DNA of 64,000 nucleotides from Adineta vaga (taxonomy: Eukaryota > Animalia > Rotifera): the NCBI GenBank assembly GCA_021613535.1, contig CP075497.1:1860001-1924000 (forward strand), in the 5' to 3' direction. Shown piece after piece: positions 24,802 through 39,100 of the stretch; the stretch's first letter is position 1, and every line of letters starts with the position of its first letter. Under the pieces are notes generated by a model, which saw only the letters and a program-made list of their open reading frames with translations, was not told the DNA's origin and ran no database searches. A program made the translations under genes and the position numbers.

Positions 24802-25294
24802 TGTTATTGAGGAAAAAAAATAAGAAAACGAAAGGTTAAAATCTATTCTTATTTAACAAAAAAGATAAGAAGTGAAAAATGATAAATGTAAGAAGAGAAG
24901 GTGTGCTCTTATGATATCTATCTAATGATTGTTTTCATCACGTGTTTAAATCAAAGATAGATTATCATTGAATAAATACTTATTGACTTTTAAACAATTA
25001 ACAACAATGAAATGCTTGGAATTTATTGATAAATTACGAATATATATTGTTAGTATAAAAATCTATCACATGAAATATAATATTCATTAAAAAATATATG
25101 TTAATTTCTTTGATATAGAACTGATGAAACAAATATTTTATATAAATTTGAGATACGATCGTTAAAAGTTGATTAAACCTTGCAGCTTTTCATAAATAAT
25201 CTTATCTTCAGGTTCTTTATTTATATAAATGATAAAAACAATGTGTGAATAGATATGCTGACAGTAAATAAAATACATTAGTAAATTTATTCTA

Positions 25295-27587
25295 ATGGGT
25301 ATACTGTCTTGTACAATCTTTGTATTATTGTCGTGTTTATCATTGACAACATGTCAATCAAAAAATGATGATATATCAACCATTCGTCAGCGTGTTTTGG
25401 AAATGATTATATGGCCAACAAATAAAACAATTCCAAGTATTGTTCAATCTGCTATAACTTTCAATGAAACAATGAACAGTTCTTGTTATTGGGAGGATAT
25501 TAATTATGCTGATAAAACGTTAGCTATTTGGGCAACTGAAGAACATTTAACACGAGTGAATATCATGATTCAAGCATTAACTGTTCCTGGTTCAAGTGTA
25601 CAAAATGATCCTCGATTAGCCATTCATGTTCATTGTGCTTTAAATGTTTGGTTAACACGTGATTTCTTAAATCCAAATTGGTGGTTTAATCAAATTGGTA
25701 TTCCATTATTAGTTACTGGTCAATTATTAATGTTAGGTTCAAATGCTACGGATTATGAAATTGAAAAAATTACTCAAATATCATTTCGCTCAAATTGGTG
25801 GGAACATGATCCAGGAACAGGTGCGAATCTTGTATGGATGATTCAAATTGAATTATATCGATCTTTAGCAACAAATAATCGAACTGGTCTGCAACAAGGT
25901 TTCACACGAATGTGGAAAGATATTGTTGTTCTTCCGTTAGGTGGACAAGGAATTCAAGTGGATTGGTCATATCATTTTCATGGAACACAATTACTATCTG
26001 GATCTTATGGACAAGATTGGGCATTAGCAATAATGATATTTGTTTTATGTACTGAAAATACTGAATATGCGTTGAATCAAAAACAGATGAATGTATTTGC
26101 AAAGTTTTTGATTGAAGGTGATGCTTGGATGATTGTTGAAAATCTTTGGGATTGGCAAGTTCAAGGACGTGCAATTGATCGAACGGGAAATAATTTTGAA
26201 ACATTCAAATTTGAATTACAGTCAATGTGGATTCGATCATTAGGAGAATTGATTGAAGATGAAAATTTAAAAAAGGATTTATTTGATTTTGCGGATCGTC
26301 TTGAAAGAAAATCGACTATTATGCCATTGATTGGTAATAAACATTTTTACACATCCGATTATCAAGTTCATCGTCGTCTAAATTGGACTTGTACAATTAA
26401 AATGCAATCAATCCGAACGCAACCAACTGAATGTATTAATTATGAAAATCAAAAAGGTGAACATCTTGGTCAAGGTGTATTAAATATTTATACAGCAAAT
26501 CCAACAGAATATCGTCATATCTTTCCTCTCTTCGATTGGCAAGCAATTAATGGCATTACAGTTGAACATAATATTCCACTTGAACAGTGTATACGTGGAA
26601 GTTTTGATTTGATTAAATTAAGTTTTGTTGGTGGAGTTACTGATGGAAATTATGGCTTAGCGATGATGGATACAGCATCACATAATTTGACAGCAATGAG
26701 ATCATGGCATTTTTATGACGAAGCTATTGTTGCGTTAGCAAGCAATTTAACTGTTACAACACAAAATACAGTTTGGACCACATTGGTAAGTCGTGTAGTA
26801 TCAACAGGTATGATTACTATTGGTTTATTTAATGGTCAAAGATTAACTCTTGTTGATGGAATGAATTATTCATTTCCTTATACTTCTAATAATCAATCAA
26901 ACAATGTTCAATGGATACATATTGGTGAAAGTCAAATAGCATTTCTTCTACAAAATCAAGGTTTATATTCACATATTGGTGCAGAAATAAGTACAAAAAC
27001 AGCATCCTATAGTACAATTGGACCTTATAATGATACAGTGACAAAGCGTACAGCAACTGTATGGATTGATCATGGTATTGGTCCATATACTCGTGATTAT
27101 AATTATATGATTTTACCAAATATTGATCTTCAAACTCTACCAGATCGAATAAAGCGTTATGAAACTGAAGAAATCTTTTCTTGTATATCAACAAATAATC
27201 TTTTTCATGCAATAGCATGGCCAACACTAAAACGAGCATCATTTGTTGTTTGGAATGATCTTTCAACAAAATTTTCATGTCAAAGCTCTCTTTACATTAA
27301 ACGTTCGATTACAAAATGCATCTGGTTCTTATTTATTCAATGAAACTTCGACTGATTTCTCTCTTACAGTCTCTCATCCAACACGAGTGAATGGTTCAAT
27401 CACAATTAATCTTGATCGAATTGGTTATGGATCAAATTGTGTACGTCAATCAGATAATACAACTAATATTCAAATAGATTTACCAACATCAACACAGTAT
27501 TTAGGTTCATCAGTAACAGTAATCTGTTCAAAAGAAGATAGATTATCCGAAAAATTAATTGACTACATCAATTTAACCACTGTTTAG
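25295..27587 (+). CDS. Secreted polysaccharide lyase family 8 (chondroitin AC/hyaluronate lyase-like), intronless, with a frameshift at ~27290
   Basis: Signal peptide; NWWFNQIGIP, TGANL, GIQVDWSYHFHG, SGSYG, QGRAI, FVGGVTDG, WIDHG; the C-terminal domain continues in ORF 27243..27587. Confidence 0.88.
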
Positions 27588-28918
27588 TTCGTTTTGATAT
27601 TCGATATCTAAATGAAATACGATAAAATCAAATAATCGTCAATAAATGCATAAAAAGATGTGATATAATAAAGATTAGAAATAAATGTCGATATAGTCGC
27701 GTATCTATCGAAAGTTAAAAATGAAGATAAAACACTTTCGATCCACAAGTGTTCGTTCGATAGTAGAAGGAAATGTAATAGGTGTAAGAAGAAGTTTTAT
27801 AGTAATTTAAAGACAACTTGGTGAAAGACTATCAAAACCTGAAGAAAAGAATTTATCTTTATTTTCACAAAGAAATTAAAACTAGTTTCATTTTAGTGGA
27901 CTAGAAAATGTGAAAAACGCACATATCATGGTAAAGATACAAGGTAATATTCTTCTACTACTGTGATTTCACCATACATGTAGAAGTCGGAAAAACTTTT
28001 CAACTATTCAACTTAACCGTGACATCAAAATTAGCACAAAAATTCGAATACTATTGAGTATTTGTTGCATTTCTATTTGATTTTAAAATAAAATTGTATC
28101 TGTGATAATCTTCTCAATCCAAGTGTTTATACCCTGGAAGAAATAACGTTGAAGTGCAACTTGCTATTCTTTCAGCTTTTTATGGTGAGAAAAATTAAAT
28201 ACAAGCTGATAACGAATATCGAAAAATAATAAAACAGATATATTGAGTATTTCTATCTATTAACAAATAATTCGTAAAAAAACGAATATCAACATGCTAT
28301 GAAAACTTGCATCTTTGTCATAAAGAAAGTTTTATCAGAGTGAAGTACCTTTTATTGTGACAGCAATTAATAATTTATTTAAGTCAATGGATTTTATTGT
28401 TGATTATAAGTAGATAAACGAATGATTTATATGTAAGATACTTTTTTACAGGTTTTATTTTGTTGAAATGAAAAGTAAAAGTAAGTTCAATTTGAATTTC
28501 TAGTAGATATTTTGTTGTTTTCTTTGTATTTGTATTCGCCTTAAAAGTATAACATTATGCATACGATATCAAGGTCATGGAAAGATATATTTTTGAGAAG
28601 TATATAAGATGAGATATACAATACTCTAGGTAATTAGGCAAAAGAAATCAGTTGAGAAAAAGTTCTTCGAATAAGAATTTGTTTTTCTTGATTTAGCAAT
28701 CTGTTTATCATCTCTTCTCTTTCATCATTAGTTCTGCCTTTTCTTTTGTTTATATATATATGCATCTTTTCTGTATGTATATATATATATAACCTCTGAT
28801 AAATCTCATTAAAGGCAATTGATCCGATGATATCAACAGCTGATAATAGAATTCGACGACGTAAGATAATAGTATTCCTAGTTATCACATTCTCTTCATT
28901 ATCATAGATGACTATAAC

Positions 28919-30725
28919 ATGCTTATTATTCGTTTAGGATTTTCGATATTAATTATACTATTTACTCAATTGAGTAAGATCTTTGTTCATGGTGGTAGAA
29001 CAGATTGGTCAATTGAAAAAAATCCCTCGTTTTGGAGAGAACAAGCTCGTTTATCTATTGATGAACTATTAAAAACACGCGATAATACAAGAATAGCAAA
29101 GAATGTTATTATGTTTTTGGGCGATGGAATGGGTGTATCAACTGTTACAGCTGGAAGAATTCGTAAGGGACAAATGAATGGTCAATTAGGTGAAGATCTT
29201 ATTACAGAAATGGAACAATTTAGTCATTTAGGTTTAGTCAAAACGTAAGCATTTGTTTCTATTAGAAAATTTTTCTAAAACAAACATATCACTCTTTAGT
29301 TATAATATTGATTATCAAACACCTGATTCAGCTGCAACTGCAACTGCTTATTTATGTGGTGTTAAAGCTCAATTAGGAACTATTGGTGTTGATGGACATG
29401 CAAAACGAGCTAATTGTCCAAGTTCTATTGGTACAAATGTTTCAAGTATTCTTCATTGGGCTCAACAAGCTGGTACATATATTCATAATTGATTCATCTT
29501 TCTGTTCTCATCTTTTAATTTTGATATTAATTTAGGTAAAAAAGTTGGAATTGTTACTACAGCTCGTATAACTCATGCAACACCGGCAGCCGCTTATGCA
29601 CATATTCCTGAACGAAATTGGGAAGGTTATGATACACGATATTTTGGTGCTATTCAAGCTGAACAAGGTTGTGTAGATATCGCTGAACAACTTGTTTCAC
29701 ATTCGCCACCAATTGACCTACTTTTCGGTGGTGGCCGTCGATTTTTTTATCCAAATACAACACGTGATGTAGAAGATTCTTCGTTATTCAATTCGCGTAC
29801 AGATAAAAAATCACTTATTGATGATTATTGGAGAGGACGTTATATTTGGAATAAAACTGATATGAATAAAATTCCATTTGGATCATCGGAACCTATTTTA
29901 GGTTTATTTGAATATGATCATTTGCAATATGAAGCTGATCGATTATCGAAAGGAAAGGATGAGCCAACTTTAACTGAAATGACAAGATTTGCTTTAGAAC
30001 ATTTTTTAAAAACAAATGAAGGATTTTTTCTTCTTGTTGAAGGTGGAAGAATTGATCATGGACATCATGAAACACGTGCAAGATATGCTTTAGATGAATT
30101 TGCTCATTTTGATGATACTATTGGACATGCCAAACAATTTTTGAAAGACCGTGGTGTTCTTAATGAAACACTTCTTGTTGTTACAGCTGATCATTCACAT
30201 GTCTTTTCGTTTGGAGCATATGCATCACGTGGTTCAAATATATTAGGTTTTGGTTCCTTAGAACAATTGAATGTAAGTGATGTTGATCGATTACCTATTA
30301 ATATCATTGCTTATGGAAACGGACCAAATTTTGCATCAAAAAGAAATGCATCCTATTTATATTCGCTAGACACGAATTCTACACAATATTTATCTCCATC
30401 AGCATTACCAATGAGAGCTGAAACACATGGTGGTGAAGATGTACCTGTTTATGCTCAAGGACCGTGGAGTCATTTATTTGTTGGAACAATGGAACAACAT
30501 ACAATTGCACATAAAATGGCTTATGCAGCATGTTGGGGAGATTATATCAATCGAGATGGATGTACATCCAGTGGAACACAAACCATGTCTTCGACAACAA
30601 CTCGTCCAACAGAATCGAGCCAATCAACAACATTCAGTGGAACACAAACGATTCGTCAAATACTATCAATAAAAATCTTTATTTTCATCTTTAGTTTTTT
30701 TCTTATTATAAAAACTAATGATTAA
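28919..30725 (+). CDS. Alkaline phosphatase, probably GPI-anchored, 3 exons
   Basis: AKNVIMFLGDGMG, PDSAATATA (catalytic Ser), THATPA, EGGRIDHGHH, TADHSH, THGGEDV; hydrophobic C-terminus. Confidence 0.95.
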
Positions 30726-30988
30726 TTAAACAATTTATTTTATCTTTCGTTTATTGATTTTTTTGGATTCGTCTTCAATATATTTTAATAAACTAAAATA
30801 ATCAACTTATTATGAGTAGTTATCAGACGTTGATGGAATACATATTATAAATTGAATTACTCTTTTTTCTTTATCAAAGAAAAAAAGATTGATTTATTTT
30901 ATAAGAGAAAAAAAGATTGCTTAGATTAATTTTTTGTACAAAGAAAACACATATTTTTCTGCATATCTACATCAATGAGATTTCTCAT

Positions 30989-32579
30989 TCAAAACCAAAT
31001 TGAAAGAGATTTATCTTGAATATAATTTACATGAGGTCGATTGATGTCGAGTAAATACCAATTTGAAATTGAATCTTCAACATTATCTTCATCAACAATT
31101 CGAATCGCATCAATATAAAGATAATTGATATGTGGAAATTTTTCTAATAAAAGTTCTTTGATTAACGTATGAACATGTAATTCATGAGTTCCATCATACA
31201 TTGATGAAAAATAAATTGATTTAACATTGCAGAGTTTTTCGACAGATTCACTTGGAATAAAACAATATTTTTCTGGAAATTCTAAATCTAATTGATGGAT
31301 TTGATTTAAAAAATTTGTATGAAGAAAATATTCTAATTGTCGAACTGTCGTCGATAAACGTTTAACATGATTGAAACGTTGATAAAGTTCATTTTGAATA
31401 TTCAATGAAAGATCAAAATATGAACACCAATATTGACTACGTATAATTAAATGTGAAATCTTATTTGTATATTCAATATGGTGAAAATTTTCAATACATT
31501 CATTTAAATAGAGTCGATCTAGTTGATCAAATTTTGATGAATTGATTCGAAAAGAATGATCAAATGGATTATAGTCAACTGAATAGTTGGGAAATTCATA
31601 TCTCCATTCTTCAATATCTGAATATTGTACATTACGATTGTTGGATAAATGAAGATCAAATCGTTCGAGAGATGAATACTTCGAAAGTAACATTTTCCAT
31701 GGTTTAGGATTGATGGTTGTTGTTTGACCAATAAATGCAAGTCGTTTTAGATTTGTATTCGATGGAAGAAGAAATTGTATTAGATAAAATGGAATTTGAC
31801 AAATTTCTAATTGATAATCAATTAAATAGGGAAATATAATTGGACAATGATATTCGCTTTGATCAATAGAAAATATTGATACATAAAGTTTTTCAATATG
31901 TATTGGAAGTTGAACATGAAATAAATGAAAATATTCTGATAGCTTTGAGAATGTAAGCCGCATATGAACAATAACTGAAGTTGATAAAAATTCCAAATGA
32001 TTTTCGAAGTAACTAAATATACAATCATAAAAAATTTTCTTTTAGAAAATAAATAAGAAAATGAGATTTAACCTACTGTTTAGCATCTTCTCCAGTTTCA
32101 AATTCAATGTGTAATTGTTTTATTGATGTTGACAACAATTTACAAGGTTTACATGTTTGATTAAATGATGTTATAACTAAATTTAATATCTCAGGTTGCA
32201 TTTCTTTGGGAAGATCATCTTGTAAATCAATTCCATGATCAATAAGTTTAAGATGAAATAAATTTTCTAATTGAATAAATTGAGTTTTATCAAATAAATG
32301 TCTTCCTATTTGATAGTTATCAAATGTTAATGAATAAATTGAATTTTGAATAATGGGAAGAAATCTTTGTGAATACTTATCGATTTGATATTTGGATAAT
32401 ATTGATGAAAAATTGATATGATGAAAATATTTCAATAGAAGAGAATTTATTCGTACATTTAATTGTAAAAATGATTCTAATAATTCAAATTTTGTTAAAT
32501 AAGAAAATATTATCAAAAATAGTTCATTTGGTAAATGTTCTAAACATATCATTTTCACCATCTGTTTAGTTGTTTTCAT
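30989..32579 (-). CDS. F-box domain protein with degenerate LRR-like region, 2 exons
   Basis: LEHLPNELFLIIFSYL F-box; ORFs 32073..32579 and 30989..31996 separated by an intron-sized gap. Confidence 0.75.
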
Positions 32580-33073
32580 CTCGTTCTTTTACCTATATAT
32601 CTCTCTCTCTCTATATATATATATGTATAAATAATGGTATTCTACAGACTGAAGATATATCAACTAAACATAGACGAAGAAAGAAATGAACTAACAAACA
32701 AACAAATAAGTAAGTATTCCTATTCGAAATCTCAAAGAGTAAGACAGTATCAATCGATTGCTTAATCATGAATTAGTGCATTGGTTAATGGCATGATTCA
32801 TGTAGGTTCGAATCTTAGCAAAGGAACATTCGATCATTGATAATAAAGTTGCATGAGTTTATAAAAATAAATTCACTTTAAATAATTATTGAAGTGAAAC
32901 AACTTGTGCAAAGATAAAAATTGAGATTTCGCTATCGACATTCGACTTTCAAATGTGTTTGTCGTTAGTAAATTTCATACAAAAAAAAGCCTTGTTATCT
33001 TCTATTCTTCACTGATAGTCAATCCGTTATCTTATCGACCATTCATTCTTACAATTTAGATTCAATTGAAATA

Positions 33074-33844
33074 ATGTTATTTCGTAAATCTCTTCTTTTA
33101 ACTCGAAAAATTCATACATTAATCAATCATAAACTTTATCCATTAGATAATCGTCAATCAGAAACATACAATCAATTAGTAAAAAATAGTCGTGAAGAAT
33201 TTCTTTCAACTGGTTGTTTATATCTTACAAATTTTTTAACTCAATCAACTCTTTCAACAATTCTACAAGAAATCAATTCAATTGTAATGCATTCTTCTCA
33301 AACATTATTTCAATCTTATGTTCAACATACAGAAAATCTTTATAATATTTCGAAAAATTTCAATGAAATTGAATCCAGTAGTAAAACCATAATTGCTTAC
33401 GATCAAATCCCTACTGACTCACTTCTTCGAAAGATTTATTTATCAAATTCATTAATTCAATTTTTAACTGATGTTATTGAAATCTATCCGCAACTCTATC
33501 CAAGTTGTGATAAATTAGGTGCATTGTACATCAACATATATCGACAATCCAATAAACTTAGTTGGCATACAGATCATTCACATTTCTTTGTTAATCTTCT
33601 ATTACAACAAGCATCGAATAATAACGAAGGAATATTTGAATATAAAACTGATAAAATCATCTCTAGAAATGATTTTCAATCGGGTGGTCTTGTTCTATTC
33701 AATGGTCGAAACTATGTTCATCGGGTAACTGAAATTCATTCATCTAAATTACCTCGAATAAATGCCATTCTCACGTATGATTGCACTCGTGAACATTATT
33801 TAAGTGATTATGTTTTACAAAAATTTTTTGGACGTACAACGTAG
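33074..33844 (+). CDS. 2OG-Fe(II) oxygenase, bacterial-like, intronless
   Basis: LSWHTD (HxD), GGLVLFNGRNYVHRVT (distal His), downstream R in PRINAIL; basic/hydrophobic N-terminus resembling a mitochondrial presequence. Confidence 0.8.
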   Translation: MLFRKSLLLTRKIHTLINHKLYPLDNRQSETYNQLVKNSREEFLSTGCLYLTNFLTQSTLSTILQEINSIVMHSSQTLFQSYVQHTENLYNISKNFNEIESSSKTIIAYDQIPTDSLLRKIYLSNSLIQFLTDVIEIYPQLYPSCDKLGALYINIYRQSNKLSWHTDHSHFFVNLLLQQASNNNEGIFEYKTDKIISRNDFQSGGLVLFNGRNYVHRVTEIHSSKLPRINAILTYDCTREHYLSDYVLQKFFGRTT

Positions 33845-33955
33845 AAAAAAATAAATTAAAATTTGTGTACATTTAAACTCTTCATGTCTCAGAAAAAAGA
33901 CGAAGAGAAAAAGATTTGTTCACTAAAAAAATCTTGTTAACGAAAAAAAGAAAAA

Positions 33956-36109
33956 TCAATCAGTTTCATTGATATTATTGGATGTTAGAGGTTGTTTTTC
34001 ACGTTTAAGTATACTGTTAGTATTCTAAAAATAAAGAGAAGAAATTCGTTGGATATTGGTTCGGAGAAAACTTACAGGTAATTTCGAATTTAATGGTTTC
34101 ATTTCTACAAGCGATTGATTCTCTTTTATTAGCGATCCATTTTGATGCGAATCTTTCTCTCCGAAATATTTTTTCCAACGATAAAAAAGTTGTGTAGTTT
34201 GAAAACGACGTTTCAGTGCTTCACGAACCTTAAGAGAGAAATTCAATGAAGATTTCATAAGAAATAAATGAATTTACCTCAGCATTGAGAAAACAATAAA
34301 GTAATGAACAATAAAAACCTTGAAGACTTATTAAAACGGCATTGGCACAACAATAAATCGCAAATACTGCAATTGGTTTATCATCTTAAAAGAGGAAATC
34401 GTTTTAACATTCTCAGATTTTTTTTTACAAAACTTACCGGCTGATACGAATGTTTCTAGTACATGTGTTATACCTAGTAAAGGTAAAAGAAAAATGGCAG
34501 CTTTGAAGGCTTTTCGAACAAATTTTGTATTCATTGATCCTCGACGTTTTCTACAAGAGAAAAAACAAAAATTCAAATTAAACAATTTCAACTGATTATC
34601 GGTTCTTATTAAGCAATTCGGGATTTATTAGAAATTATTGAGCTATTAATTACCGATGTACAAAATGTTTAACACGTGAGATAACTTCTGGCGAGTGAGA
34701 ATTATTTCGCCTATTTGAGAATTAATATCAAAGCATGAGAATCATGGTTGATTACTTACTCTTCACGAAGTTGTTTCTCTGAACCTTGTCTCATTTTGAC
34801 CATTAAAACTCGAAGAATATTCAATAAGAAAATAATATTGATCTTTAGAATGAAAAGAATAACATCGTTTGAAATCGATTATACTAATTTAGAACTTACA
34901 ATCATCACAGCATATCGTGGTCCATCGATTATCCAATAATAAATCAAATGATTATAATTATAGAAACACCTAGAAGAAGAAAAATCTTGTTTCTTTTTCG
35001 AATTTCTTCGAAACGAAATTTACCTTCGTCGACGTTCTTTTATAAACATAACTATACTCCAACTTAATGTTATACAAAACGGAACAACTAAAGAACAAGA
35101 AAACGAACCTTAAAAGAAAGAATTCATTAATCAACTTACTCCAACCAAGTATATGATAATAATATGTTTTAAAACGATTTTTAAAAACACCAACTGTTAA
35201 AATATTATTAAGTTGAATTCCTTCACAAAGCATCCACATAAATGTTGCTGTTTTCGAATATTGAAGAAGTATAATCATAATCGTACAAAAACCATTGAGT
35301 ATAATTGTATTTGGTGGTGATTGAATACCACCAGAAAGATGACATTCATCTATTCCCGATTGTCTTTTTCGAATCATTTGAATTCTAAATAAAACAATCT
35401 TCTTCACTTTAACATAATGTGTTCAAAGAAATACGAACGCATATGTTGTTAATCGAGCAAACAGTTGTATAATAATTGCTAATAATAGATTAACATGAAT
35501 TTTCGTTCGATCACAGTATAACGATCTATTGAAAGAAAAGAAAAACGTTTTTTTTCTCTCTTATGGAAATTTTCATCTTGTATTTATTTCTGATTTACCT
35601 GAAGGTGAAGAAGATAATTAATGAAATAAAAACGCTAATAAATGAAATTGATATTCCACCCACTTCAGTATAAAAAAGTATCTGAACAAGTTTTTCAAAT
35701 ACCTTTTCATTGAAAAAGAAACATTTTTTTCGAGATAGAATTCAAAACAATCTTTTCAACAAACTTCTTTTTCTTTCGGTGGTCGTTGTGTAAAAGATTT
35801 TCTCAACAAAGTCAATACATCAGGATGAAAACAAGGTGCAAAATCAATATTTGACCAGTTGCCAGATGAAAGACATTTTCGAGTAACATATTCTAATAAC
35901 GAAAAAAAAACAGTTTTCTTTAGTAGAAACAAAACCAAACAACTTTATTTATCCAACTAACTTAATGTATCAACACCTTGATGTGAAAGCATAGCACATG
36001 AAATATTTGCTAATTGATTCGAAGGAGTTAACGGCCAACAAATATGTTGATGTATAGCTGGACAATAGGAATTATTTAATAATGAACTTACATTAAATGT
36101 GTTCGACAT
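33956..36109 (-). CDS. Class B (secretin-family) GPCR, PDF/calcitonin-receptor-like, multi-exon
   Basis: Hormone-binding domain CPAIHQHICWP...YVTRKCLSSGNW; SLYCDRTKIHVNL; FMWMLCEG; KAAIFLLPLLGIT; LQGFIVHYF region. Confidence 0.88.
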
Positions 36110-39100
36110 TAGTTAATAATATTGGCGTATATCATCAATTGATGGACGGGTTATGATCTAAATAAACAGATTAAAAGTTATTTTTCTTTCTTTCTTTCAA
36201 TCGTATTTGATATTCAATTGGGATTTTATTTAAAAACGTAATTTTTAATAATAATATTTTCGGTAAGTCGATGCCTTCTTTATCGGATTTCTTTTATTAA
36301 AAACAAAAGTAGAACGTATAAACATGTATCTATTTCTAATCTTTTCTTTCTCGTTCTGTTGTTATTGATTGCAGGTTGAGAGAGGAAAATCACTTCTATT
36401 AGCTATAACCACCTTGCTGTTCTACGATGTATAGTAGACGAATAAGAAAGAAAAGATGTATTTAGATGTTCTACATGCATCTCATTCTTAATAAAAGAAG
36501 TCAAACCACGAAGACAATGACCTACTAAGATGGTATTATTAAAATTAAATTGCTTGAAGAGGAATTTTCATAGAATACAATTTAATAGAAAGAAAATGAT
36601 GTAAAGAGATAAGAACTGAAAATTTGTTCTCCTATTCTTGTCATAGCAGATGTTAAATGAAATATTTAAGATAAAATCTTAATAATATATCAAAAATAGA
36701 ATTAATCGAAGATATATTTTGAGTGTATCAATCTGTCTAAACCAAACAGTAACAGAGAAAAGAATGTCAATATACAATAGTAGACAAAAGCTTGAATAAT
36801 AATAATAATAATACCGTATGGAACATCATAGAAATGACATATTAATCTCATCATTAATATGTTTTCAACACAATATAGGAAAAACTATATCGAACTCTAT
36901 CATAGTTATGTTAAACTAACATATTTGATTAACCAATCAAAAATCTTCTTCATATATTCTTTTTCTTCTATTCTAATTAGAAAAAAGAAACCTTTCTTTT
37001 CAGTTTCTTTTTCTGAATATAATTTGATGATACTTATATGACAAGTATTATATCAATTCATGTATCTGAAGCGAACTCATCTCTATTATACTTTGAAAAA
37101 GAACGAAAAACAAAAATCTTAATGATATTTTGTTATTTTAAAGGATCAACTTTCTTACCTTTTTTTTACAACTTGTTGATTAGAAATTACTGTTGTATTC
37201 AACGCTTGATAAAAAAAACAAACTCTCTATTCACTGTTGTGGATGTTTGTAAAATGGGAATTTTTTTTTAGGAAATTATAAAGCGAACGTGATGTGACTA
37301 TTTAAATATTCGATGAATAATTTTGACAATATTCATTCAGTCATTTATTATTGAATGAATGATGATCGATCATCATTAATCAAATATATAATGAGAAACT
37401 ATACTTGTTGTACAAAAAATGAAAAAGAAAAAAAGATCAAACTTGGATAAGTTTTATATGTTTTTTTTTCTTTGGAGATTTTCATGTTCGAAGAGAAAAT
37501 AAAGATCAGAATCAAACACATGGCCTTTTATTTCTTATATTTTTTGAATGTCAATTACTTTAGTTTATGTATTTACCAATCGTTTTAATAAATCGATGTA
37601 ATTTGTTTGAATGATGAAGAGAAAAGAAAAATAATATAAAGCGATTTATCTGAAAATCTATGATTCAATTTGACTGTATATACGCATTGATGATAAAATA
37701 TTCTCATTAAAGTATTCCTCTTTTAATCTCTACTATCTTATATCTTTTCTTTGTAATTTTTCTTTATCCTGTAAGCATTATTAGAAGAGAAAGAAGAAAA
37801 AAAGGTCGTTCTATTGTTACGCTTTTTCCTGTAATTAAACTTTTGCTCAATATTGATATTAAATTTCTTGTTGAATATGTTATATTAATTCTTTAAAAAT
37901 AGATTTTGTATCATAGGAGAAATATAACTTCTACGAATAGTGATCATAAACTACACAAACACGCAATTTCATCAATAATGAGAAAGAAAAAAAAATTGTA
38001 TACTGAATTATTTGACCTATGCAAAAGCTTTTTATCATTCATCATAGAAAACATTCACATGTTACTAATATAAATAATGTTTCGTTTTTCTTTTCGTTCG
38101 TCTACAATTACTTACAATTATGAAATCGAAATAGGATTGTTTCGTAGTAAACCACTAGATATTTTGCTTCAAATGCTGATTTTTCAATAAAAGAGATATA
38201 TAATCATCAATATATCTATATATATGAAAGGCAAGATGATGAGAGGAAGAAAAAAGAAATCTACAAAGTAACATTATTCGCATGAGAAAAAAGAAAAATA
38301 TCACTCTGCAGTTTTTCATTTCCTTCTTCATCAAATCTGATGAATGCAATAAATAATAGATTTAATACACCTGAAAATATGCATCTAACTGATTCATTTC
38401 TACATAAATAAACTATTTCTATGGTTTTTCTTCAAAATTATTTCGTTGATCTCATTATCTTCTAAATAAGCCTTTCTACGTCAAAATAGCGTTGAAGATT
38501 TCCTTTTCTACAGAGCAAAGGAGAAGAAGAAAAAAAATGAATTAATAACGTCAATTGGCAATTGAAGCATATACTTTCTTGCGAACAATATCTTCTCTTC
38601 AGTTTTGTGACAAAAACAAATGATTTCTTTTGTTTCATAGAGATGAAAAATAAAATACATGAAAAACTTGTTCATCTGTCAATTTTGATCAACTGTGATT
38701 GAGCAAATTTCCATAAAAGAAATCCTTTATATTCATTTTCTTTCAAGCAGATAACGATGTTCTCTATGATGAATACTTTGTTGAAAGATAAGAGTGGATT
38801 TTCTATTTATAAACTTCAAGTATGTAAAGACGAACAGATTAGTAGAAGAGAAGAGATAATAAGAAACTTTCTTTCTTTGAAATATTCATAAAACTCTTCT
38901 CTTATTTCAAAATCAAACTTAATTATTCAAAAGAATCTTGTTTACTTTATTCAGTACTTTTATTAATGTTGTTCAAAGATCGTTTTATGAAGATAATAAT
39001 AACTATCAGATGATACATTTTCCTTCAAATTTCTTTGATAGAAAACTAGCGCATGTGCAATCAGTTACTTCTCTTGTCTCTCTTATCCTTGTCATCTACT

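Noticed and set aside
25902-27278. Antisense and alternate-frame ORFs (also 15691, 18385, 22064, 29893, 30427, 53697, 59213, 63257)
   Set aside because: They are shadows of real genes on the other strand or frame.
32594-32626. Short (TA)n/(CT)n tracts here and at ~24142, 28751 and 48340
   Set aside because: Ordinary microsatellites in AT-rich DNA.
32761-32830. Functional tRNA gene
   Set aside because: A/B boxes are too close together and no acceptor or anticodon stems can be formed.
33074-33844. BesD-like halogenase
   Set aside because: It has HxD, not the HxG/A required for halide coordination.
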